Source of the DNA: an uncultured Acidimicrobiaceae bacterium
GTDB lineage: Bacteria > Actinomycetota > Acidimicrobiia > Spongiisociales > UBA5794
Reading direction: 5' to 3'
NCBI GenBank assembly: GCA_964444875.1
Contig: CAYUJA010000001.1
Span: forward strand, 6,743-30,752
DNA: 24,010 nt
Shown: piece by piece, positions 16,937-24,010 of the stretch
Layout: each line of letters starts with the position of its first letter
Position numbering within the stretch: the stretch's first letter is position 1
The notes under the pieces: generated by a model
The model's database searches: none
The model's input: only the letters and a program-made list of their open reading frames with translations
What the model was told of the DNA's origin: nothing
Program-made: the position numbers and the translations under genes

Positions 16937-17893
16937 TTAGACGGGCGACCGGGTGACGAGATGGCGCTCGAGGGTCCGCCACACGGATGAATGGCCGAGT
17001 TCGTACTTCATCGAGCGCAACGTCGCGAGGAACGTAGGTATCGCAGCGGCGACCGACATAGGGTTCGGCCGAGCGAGGTCGAGGACATGCTCGTCTGGGC
17101 GCAATACGAGGATCTCCGTTGATGGCCATGTAGCACGGATCTTGGCGATCTCGGAAGCCAGGGCGGTACGGCCCGCCTTGTCGAAGACGTCTTCGTAGAA
17201 ACGGCCAGACGTGCGCGGCGTATTGGCAGCGAGGGGCGCGATGATGAGAACGAGGTCGAGTGGTTCGGGAAGCGCAAGGACGAGATCGGCCGATGTCCCT
17301 GATGCGAGGCCGCCATCGGCGTACCAGCGGCCATCGATCTTGACGGGTTCGTATACGAAGGGCACAGCGCTCGATGCGGCCACCGCTTGGGCAAGCGGGA
17401 CCTCGGGGGCCGCCTCGGTCCCGAACGGCATCCGCGTTCGGCTATCGAGGTCGTAGGCGACGATCGCCGTTGGTTTGTCCGGCCACGATTGGGCCATGTC
17501 GCCCGCTGCGTTCGTCACCCACGCGGCGATGCCGTCCGTTCGGTACACACCGGGGGAACCCAGCGCCGCGTAGAGGCTCGGGTGGCGCAGTGCGGGCAGA
17601 AGCCCCTTCTTGAGCCATCTGATGCCACCCCTGGGAGCACCGCGACGATACACGTAGCCGCTCATCCACTCATGGATCTCTTCTTTGGTCTCACCCGTTC
17701 CGATGAAGGTGTCTGGGTGGACGGCGTCGGCACGGATCATCGCCGAAACGAACGCTCCACCCGAGGTTCCGACCACGACATCGGCACTGTTGGGATCCCA
17801 TCCCGTGGCCATTTCGAGCGCCATGATGGCCGCGAAGTTGAAAGCCGCGCCCGTGATCCCGCCAGCGCCGAGTACAAGTCCTACCGTGTTCAC
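16937..17893 (-). CDS. patatin-like phospholipase
   Basis: Gly-rich LGAGGITG, nucleophile GTSGG, catalytic DGG. Start GTG 17893 preferred over ATG 17899 because TATAGT (17903-17908) is only 3 nt from that ATG. Confidence 0.92.
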   Translation of the reverse strand: MNTVGLVLGAGGITGAAFNFAAIMALEMATGWDPNSADVVVGTSGGAFVSAMIRADAVHPDTFIGTGETKEEIHEWMSGYVYRRGAPRGGIRWLKKGLLPALRHPSLYAALGSPGVYRTDGIAAWVTNAAGDMAQSWPDKPTAIVAYDLDSRTRMPFGTEAAPEVPLAQAVAASSAVPFVYEPVKIDGRWYADGGLASGTSADLVLALPEPLDLVLIIAPLAANTPRTSGRFYEDVFDKAGRTALASEIAKIRATWPSTEILVLRPDEHVLDLARPNPMSVAAAIPTFLATLRSMKYELGHSSVWRTLERHLVTRSPV

Positions 17894-17967
17894 CCTCATC
17901 AGACTATAACCGCTGCCCGCCCTGAAGACATCGCTGGTGCGAACTGCGGCCACCCTAGGGTTCGCGC

Positions 17968-18813
17968 ATGTCCGAACACGACCAGATCGTTGACTTCATC
18001 CAACACCTCGCGAGCTACGACGGTTATCCACCGTTCAGCGATGCGAAACTCCCGCTCGATCGCGAGTCTGGCTCGGTCGTTGTCGTCACGGAGCAGGATT
18101 CAGTCGTCGGTATGGGTGCCGTTGGATCCCACCGCCAGAACGACGGGTCGATGCACCTCGAAGTCGAAACTGCAGTGCGACCGGTGATGCGCTTCCCGGC
18201 GTTCGAAGGGTCGGTGCTCGATGCCTCGTTGCCGCTCGTGCAGGGTGCTGCTTCGTTCAGCGTGTGGTCGAATCGGTCGTCGCTCGACACCGCTCTCATC
18301 GAGCGTGGTTTCCACATCACCAGGGTGCTGGACTTCCTCGTCGTCGAGTTTCCGTTGTCACTGGAGGCTCAGAGACCAGGAACGAAGACTTCGATCCGGA
18401 CCTTCCGGCCGGAGGACATCGATGGGATCATCTCCGTGAACAGGGCGGCGTTCATCGATCACACAGAGGCAGCATCGTTGAACGCCGCTGTGTTCGCCGG
18501 GTACATGTCCGAACCGTGGTTCGATGCCGACGGCTTGTTCATCGCAGATGGAGACGGATGCGCTGGTTTCTGCTGGACGAAGGTGCACGACAACGGTGAC
18601 GGAGAGATCTTCCGGATCGCCGTAGCACCCGACCATCGAGGATCCGGAATCGGCTTTGCGCTGTTGAAGGCTGGGTTCGACTATCTGGCATGCAGACAGG
18701 ACGTCACACGAGGCGTGTTGTGGGTCGACCGGTCGAACACTGATGCGATGGGTCTCTACACGTCGTTTGGGATGGAGCGAGAACGCTCGATCAGGGAGTT
18801 CCGATCAGCGTGA
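17968..18813 (+). CDS. mshD: mycothiol synthase-like tandem GNAT acetyltransferase
   Basis: DGYPPFSD, EPWFDADGLFIA, GFCWTKVH, VAPDHRGSGIG and WVDRSNTDAMGLY match the MshD pattern. TAGGGT lies 6 nt before ATG. Confidence 0.75.
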   Translation: MSEHDQIVDFIQHLASYDGYPPFSDAKLPLDRESGSVVVVTEQDSVVGMGAVGSHRQNDGSMHLEVETAVRPVMRFPAFEGSVLDASLPLVQGAASFSVWSNRSSLDTALIERGFHITRVLDFLVVEFPLSLEAQRPGTKTSIRTFRPEDIDGIISVNRAAFIDHTEAASLNAAVFAGYMSEPWFDADGLFIADGDGCAGFCWTKVHDNGDGEIFRIAVAPDHRGSGIGFALLKAGFDYLACRQDVTRGVLWVDRSNTDAMGLYTSFGMERERSIREFRSA

Positions 18814-19026
18814 TCAGCCGAAGGGTTGGCCGCACGACGGGCAGTGGAGGTCTGACTCCCCTGTAGGTGCCGAGCACCATGGACAGGGGAGGTCCAGGGA
18901 CTGGTCGGTCGATTCCGCGACCGGCATGTACGCCAGTGGCACAGCCTCGTCCGTGGCGACGTCCCGGCGGCCGATCGCTACGAGCGCTACGGTCACGAAC
19001 ACTGCTGCAAGTGCCATCTCCAACAT
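18814..19026 (-). CDS. 70-aa membrane-anchored zinc-ribbon protein
   Basis: AAGGAGG SD before ATG 19026; N-terminal hydrophobic helix; C-terminal CPWC-x10-CPSC. TAGATT -10 at 19051-19056. Confidence 0.8.
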   Translation of the reverse strand: MLEMALAAVFVTVALVAIGRRDVATDEAVPLAYMPVAESTDQSLDLPCPWCSAPTGESDLHCPSCGQPFG

Positions 19027-19092
19027 CACGCCTCCTTTCGATCTGGGCACAATCTACTGGAAGACCGCGAAAAACCGCGGTAATTGGTGAGG

Positions 19093-19214
19093 AACAGCCT
19101 TCAGCCGACAGCCCTCAGCCGACAGCCCTCAGCAAGAAGATCAAGGCTGAAGGACCGTACATCACCATCTTTGGCTGACGGCTGAAGGCTGTCGGCTGTT
19201 GTCTGTTTGCTGTC
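19093..19214. repeat. inverted pair of heptamer tandem arrays (CAGCCnn x6 / GGCTGnn x6)
   Basis: cagcctt cagccga cagccct cagccga cagccct cagcaag (19095-19136) and ggctgac ggctgaa ggctgtc ggctgtt gtctgtt tgctgtc (19173-19214). Confidence 0.9.
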
Positions 19215-19251
19215 ATTACCCTTGCCGTTCACCAACGAGAGAGTTCCCACC

Positions 19252-21198
19252 GTGTCGATACGAATCACCCTGCCGGACGGTTCACACCGCGACTATGGCG
19301 ACGGCGTGACCGGATTCGACGTGGCGTCCGATATAGGCAGTCGCCTGGCCAAGGCTGCCGTTGCCGTGACGGTGGACGGAGCCATGTACGACCTGCACCG
19401 CCCGATCACCTCCGATGCGGCGGTCTCGATCGTCACCGACAACACGGAGGCAGGGCGCCATGTGATACGCCACTCCGCAGCCCACATCATGGCCCAGGCT
19501 GTGCTCGACCTGTTCCCGAACGCATCGTTCGCCATCGGGCCTGCCATCGAGGACGGCTTCTACTACGACTTCAGCAACGACCGCCCGTTCACGCCTGAGG
19601 ACCTCGATGCGATCGAGGAGAAGATGGTTGAGATCGTTGCGGCCAATCAGCCGTTCGAACGCTCTGAACTTCCGATGGACGATGCGCGCAAAGCGTTCGC
19701 AACCCACCCCTTCAAACTCGAGATCATCGACGGTGTCGACGCCGACGAGGGTGTCGACGACGACTTCGTGAGCACGTACCGCAACGATGAGTTCCTGGAT
19801 CTGTGCCGTGGCCCCCACCTTCCTTCAACGGGACGCCTCAAGGCATTCAAGATCATGAGATCGGCCGGTGCGTACTGGCGTGGAGACGAGAACAACCCGC
19901 AACTACAACGCATCTATGGGACGGCGTGGGAATCGACGAAGGCGCTCAAGGCCTACCTCGTGCAACTCGAGGAGGCAGCCAAGCGCGACCACCGCAAACT
20001 CGGCGCTGAGCTCGACCTGTTCTCGTTCCCTTCGGAGCTCGGAAGTGGACTGGCGGTATGGCACCCCGATGGCGGCATACTGCGCCGCACGATCGAGGAC
20101 TATTCACGCCGCACGCACATGAACCATGGGTACGAGTACGTCGTCACGCCGCACGTCGCCAAGGCGGACCTGTGGGAGACCTCAGGGCACCTGGACTTCT
20201 ACAAGGACGGCATGTATCCGGTGATGGAACTCGACGGCGGTGACAACAGGCCGGGCCAGGAGTACTTCGTCAAGCCGATGAACTGTCCGTTCCACATTCT
20301 GATCTACAGGTCACGCAGCCGTTCGTACCGCGAACTCCCACTGCGGCTGTTCGAACTCGGGACCGTGTATCGCTACGAACGCAGCGGCGTACTCCACGGG
20401 CTGATGCGAGCACGCGGGTTCACCCAAGACGACAGCCACATCTTCACGACAGAGGGAGACCTCGCAGACGAACTCAAGAGCCTGCTCGACTTCGTCTTGA
20501 TGGTCCTGCGGGACTTCGGGTTCGACGAGTTCGAGGCAGACCTATCGACGAGGCCGGCTAAGTACGTCGGAGATATCGACCTGTGGACGAAGGCCGAGGC
20601 CTATCTTGCGTCGTCGCTCGAGACCTCGGGCCTGTCCTACCAGCTTGCGCCCGGTGAAGGCGCCTTCTACGGCCCCAAGATCGACATCCACATCAAGGAC
20701 GCTATCGGGCGCAGGTGGCAGCTGAGCACGATCCAGGTGGATTTCGCCCAGCCTGAGAACTTCGACCTCGAGTACGCGACGAACGAGAACACGCGTGAAC
20801 GTCCCGTGATGATCCACAGGGCGCTGCTGGGTTCGGTCGAACGATTCGTGGGAATCCTCGTTGAGCACTACGCAGGTGCGTTCCCCATGTGGTTGGCGCC
20901 CGTCCAGGCAACGGTCATCCCCGTTGCAGACCGGCACCATGACTATGCCCACAGCGTGGGCGAGCAACTCAAGGCGGTGGGAATCCGCGTGCGAGTCGAC
21001 GATGCGGACGAAACCGTCGGAGAGAAGATACGCAGGGCGATCACCCACAAACATCCCGTTGTCATCGTGGTCGGTGACGACGATGTGGCGAATGGAACCG
21101 TGGGGATACGCCTGCGCGGCGAACAAAAGGAAGAACGCGGTGTTGCGATGGCTCTTGCGGTGGAGAATCTCACCGCGATGGCGGCACCACCACGGTGA
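19252..21198 (+). CDS. thrS: threonine--tRNA ligase
   Basis: TGS start ITLPDGS, editing domain RHSAAHIMAQA and DLCRGPH, KPMNCPFH, YRYERSG, RGFTQDD, AFYGPKID, HRALLGSVERF. GTG start 19252. Confidence 0.98.
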   Translation: MSIRITLPDGSHRDYGDGVTGFDVASDIGSRLAKAAVAVTVDGAMYDLHRPITSDAAVSIVTDNTEAGRHVIRHSAAHIMAQAVLDLFPNASFAIGPAIEDGFYYDFSNDRPFTPEDLDAIEEKMVEIVAANQPFERSELPMDDARKAFATHPFKLEIIDGVDADEGVDDDFVSTYRNDEFLDLCRGPHLPSTGRLKAFKIMRSAGAYWRGDENNPQLQRIYGTAWESTKALKAYLVQLEEAAKRDHRKLGAELDLFSFPSELGSGLAVWHPDGGILRRTIEDYSRRTHMNHGYEYVVTPHVAKADLWETSGHLDFYKDGMYPVMELDGGDNRPGQEYFVKPMNCPFHILIYRSRSRSYRELPLRLFELGTVYRYERSGVLHGLMRARGFTQDDSHIFTTEGDLADELKSLLDFVLMVLRDFGFDEFEADLSTRPAKYVGDIDLWTKAEAYLASSLETSGLSYQLAPGEGAFYGPKIDIHIKDAIGRRWQLSTIQVDFAQPENFDLEYATNENTRERPVMIHRALLGSVERFVGILVEHYAGAFPMWLAPVQATVIPVADRHHDYAHSVGEQLKAVGIRVRVDDADETVGEKIRRAITHKHPVVIVVGDDDVANGTVGIRLRGEQKEERGVAMALAVENLTAMAAPPR

Positions 21199-21199
21199 G

Positions 21200-21220
21200 G
21201 CACCTGACCTTCGTCGGTGC
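21200..21220 (+). terminator. small hairpin directly after the thrS stop
   Basis: gcacc-t-gac / cttc / gtc-ggtgc: 8 bp with a 1-nt bulge, no U-tract. Confidence 0.25.
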
Positions 21221-21302
21221 GCTGGCGTCAGGGACGATTGCGAACCACCGGTAGCATGCGTGCGCTACCCAGACGCACCGCTTCCACCTCCGGAGGATCA
21301 TC

Positions 21303-24008
21303 GTGAAGACACTCGTGAATGCACTGGCAACGATCGTGCGGCGTGGGCCGTGGGCCGTGATCATCGTGACCATCGTGGTGACCGTCGTACTCGGTTCCTT
21401 TGGGAGCAAATTCGCGCCATCGGCGGACCAGAACTCGGCATTTGCCCCCGAAGCCCCTGAACTGGCGGCGGCAGCCCAGATAGCAGAGACGTTCGGTTCG
21501 ACGGCGCGGCTTCAGGTCCTCACATCGAGCGACACCGGAGACGTCATCACGCTTGACGGTCTGAACGCTGCACTGTCGCTCGAAGAGGCCGTGCGGGCTT
21601 CAGACGCCGCCTCGATCCTCGTGGATCAGCCTCAGGCACCCGCGATCATCACCTACATGGCGCCGGTTCAGTTCGCGCTCCAGGCAGGTGCGCCGATGCC
21701 GACGACCGATGCCGAGGTCAAGGCCTTGTACATTGCCGGCCTTGATTCGATGCCTGCCGAGTTCCGTTCGTTCCTCACTGCGCTCGTATCCGATGATGCG
21801 AACCTCGAAACCGCCACAGCCGAACTGGGGTTGACCGCGATCTCCTACCAGTCGAGTGAGAACTTCGACGAGTCTGCGGCGCTGGCTACGACGGTTGGCG
21901 ACGCTGTGATGTCTGCACCGGCGCCGAGCACGATCACCAATCAATCCTTCAGCTTCGAACTGATCTTCGCCTCAGAGGACGACTTCCAGACAGAGATCGC
22001 GAGGCTGTTCGCATCTGCCGGCCTGATCATCTTGCTGGTCCTGGCGATCATCTTCCTGGTCAAGCCGCGCAGCGTGAAGGATCGTACGATGTACGTGGCA
22101 GGGATCGTCCTGATGCTCGCCGGACTCGCCGTAGCGGTAGGACCGAGCCTGGCGCTCATCTTCCCAGACATCTTCCCGCAGTCGTGGGCAGATGCTGCGC
22201 TCGTCAACGTGCTGCTCACCGCGCTCATCTTCTATGTCGCTGCCTTCACGTTGTGGACGTTCGGCAGCGGGAAGCTGAGGCGCACGACTGCAGACACGCT
22301 GCTCACCTTCCTGACCATCGGCTTCGCCATACAGTGGATGAACGGGTACGGGTTCCTGAGATTCGAAGATCAGTCCCAGATGGTGCAGATCCTCCCGATC
22401 CTGCTGATCGGACTCGGTGTGGACTACTCGATCCACATGACGACGCGGTATCGCCAGGAACTCTCGGGCGGCGAGAGCGTCGATCGATCTATCGCTATCG
22501 CGATCCGTACCGTCGGTGTCGCCCTCGTGCTCGCAACCGTGACGACCGCTGTCGGCTTCCTGACCAACGTCACCAACGACATCCCTGCACTCAGGGAGTT
22601 CGGCGAACTCGCTGCCGTCGGCATCGTGATCTCCTTCGTCTTGATGCTCACGTTCGTCCCTGCGGTGCGCGAGGTACTCGACCGTCGTGGCGAAAAGCAC
22701 GATCGCCTCGATACCGCCAGCCTGGAGTCCGGCGACGCCAGGTTCTTGCCGACGATCATCGGCAAGACCGCCGTGCTCCCTCGCAAAGCAGCGACGGCGA
22801 CGCTCGTCGTTGCACTCGCGCTGACCGGTCTCGGAGCATATGGGATGACGGGTCTTTCGACCGAGTTCTCCTTCCTCGACTTCGTTCCAACGACGTCACC
22901 GCTGAGAGGAACTGCGATAACGCTCACCGAGCGGTTCGACTTCCCGGAGTCAACGAGCGTGCTCGTTACCGGTGATGTCGCAACAGGAACGGCGTGGAAC
23001 GGGATGCTGGCCTCCTACACCGGTGCCTCTGATGTCCCGGCGGTGCAATCGGTCGATACGGCACGTGGCACCTTCCCCACGGGAAACTCTCTGACCTCGG
23101 TGATGCTCCGACTGCTCGACCCTGAGTCGGAAACCTTCGACCCGGACATTCTTGGAGTCGCGATCACCAGCGGCTTTGGCCAGCCAGGCGTTTTCCCCGA
23201 TGACGCAGACATCACCGCGGTGTACGACGCTGCCTACGAGAAGTATCCAGAACAGATGGCCGGTGTGCTCGCCGCAACGAACGGTGGATACGACGCTGCG
23301 CTTTTCAACTTCGACACAACGGCAGGCGAGGCCGGCGCTACTGAACTCGCCGAATCCCTGAACGAGTCCTTCGCACCGGCCAGGACCGCCGGACTCGATG
23401 CAGTAGCTACCTCGAACGGGATCATCTCGAGTCTGATCGTGAACACGCTACGCGACTCGCAGGTGTCGTCGCTGCTGCTGACGCTCGGTGCTGCGCTGTT
23501 CCTGCTCGTTGCGAACTTCTGGTTCGAGGCGCGTCGACCGATGCTCGGCGTGCTGACCACGGTGCCTGTCGCGATGGTCGTGATCTGGGTCTTCGGACTG
23601 ATGGCTGCCTTCGGGATCCCGTTCGGCCCCATCACGGCGACCATCTCTGCCCTCGGAATCGGTATCGGGATCCCGTACATGATCCATGTGACGCACCGCT
23701 ATCTCGAAGAACGTCTTGAATGGGCGGACGAGAACGAAGCGATCGAACACACGTTGATCCACACCGGTGGTGCACTCGCAGGGTCCGCTCTGACGACGAT
23801 GGCCGGGTTCGGGATCTTGATGGTGTCGACGACCATCCCGTTCAGACAGTTCGGGTTCGTGCTTGCGTACACCATCTTGCTCGCGCTCATCGCCGCTGTC
23901 CTGGTCCTCCCGTCGATGCTCGTCCTGTGGGATCGGTGGCACCGCAGACATGGTGATGAGGCAGTCGAGCCAGAAACACTGAGGGAAGCCCTCCAGGAAG
24001 GCGCCTGA
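21303..24008 (+). CDS. MMPL/RND-superfamily transporter
   Basis: Two homologous halves, each with TM1, a large extracytoplasmic loop and a TM bundle. GLGVDYSIHMTTRY and GIGIPYMIHVTHRY; LREFG / FRQFG. GGAGG SD before GTG; 901 aa. Confidence 0.93.
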   Translation: MKTLVNALATIVRRGPWAVIIVTIVVTVVLGSFGSKFAPSADQNSAFAPEAPELAAAAQIAETFGSTARLQVLTSSDTGDVITLDGLNAALSLEEAVRASDAASILVDQPQAPAIITYMAPVQFALQAGAPMPTTDAEVKALYIAGLDSMPAEFRSFLTALVSDDANLETATAELGLTAISYQSSENFDESAALATTVGDAVMSAPAPSTITNQSFSFELIFASEDDFQTEIARLFASAGLIILLVLAIIFLVKPRSVKDRTMYVAGIVLMLAGLAVAVGPSLALIFPDIFPQSWADAALVNVLLTALIFYVAAFTLWTFGSGKLRRTTADTLLTFLTIGFAIQWMNGYGFLRFEDQSQMVQILPILLIGLGVDYSIHMTTRYRQELSGGESVDRSIAIAIRTVGVALVLATVTTAVGFLTNVTNDIPALREFGELAAVGIVISFVLMLTFVPAVREVLDRRGEKHDRLDTASLESGDARFLPTIIGKTAVLPRKAATATLVVALALTGLGAYGMTGLSTEFSFLDFVPTTSPLRGTAITLTERFDFPESTSVLVTGDVATGTAWNGMLASYTGASDVPAVQSVDTARGTFPTGNSLTSVMLRLLDPESETFDPDILGVAITSGFGQPGVFPDDADITAVYDAAYEKYPEQMAGVLAATNGGYDAALFNFDTTAGEAGATELAESLNESFAPARTAGLDAVATSNGIISSLIVNTLRDSQVSSLLLTLGAALFLLVANFWFEARRPMLGVLTTVPVAMVVIWVFGLMAAFGIPFGPITATISALGIGIGIPYMIHVTHRYLEERLEWADENEAIEHTLIHTGGALAGSALTTMAGFGILMVSTTIPFRQFGFVLAYTILLALIAAVLVLPSMLVLWDRWHRRHGDEAVEPETLREALQEGA

Positions 24009-24010
24009 GC

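Noticed and set aside
19060-19251. T-box riboswitch or E. coli-type tRNA-mimic operator upstream of thrS
   Set aside because: No T-box consensus (GGTGGNACCGCG) or antiterminator. The ACC and CGT triplets in the hairpin core are expected by chance, and a candidate -10 lies downstream of the structure.

Overview
GC-rich bacterial chromosomal window, most likely Actinomycetota. The basis is a mycothiol-synthase-like GNAT, a PlsB2-type acyltransferase, a zincin metallopeptidase and several leaderless-type promoters; Acidimicrobiia-like is only a guess. It is mostly housekeeping and metabolic: about 20 CDS, one tRNA-Val(CAC) missing from the ORF track, one collapsed SulP pseudogene and two small intergenic repeat elements. 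I see no integrase, transposase, CRISPR array or defence system. Gene order: secreted SGNH hydrolase, DUF302, orphan membrane protein, NTF2-like protein, nitronate-monooxygenase/FabX-family flavoprotein, nfuA, plsB, small 11-mer-repeat protein, zincin, tRNA-Val, 59-bp tandem duplication, SDR, SulP remnant, TauE/SafE, KP-43-type S8 protease with PKD domain, class II DAHP synthase, ROK kinase, membrane protein, patatin, mshD-like GNAT, Zn-ribbon microprotein, inverted heptamer array, thrS, MMPL/RND transporter. The best lead is a possible lipid module at 2.6-7.7 kb: a Cys-rich FabX-like flavoenzyme divergent from an Fe-S carrier, next to plsB and an amphipathic 11-mer-repeat protein. Other leads are an MMPL with an Asp-to-Pro change in its second proton-relay motif and two extra helices, and the two structured intergenic repeats. 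All family calls come from motif recognition by eye; no database search was run.
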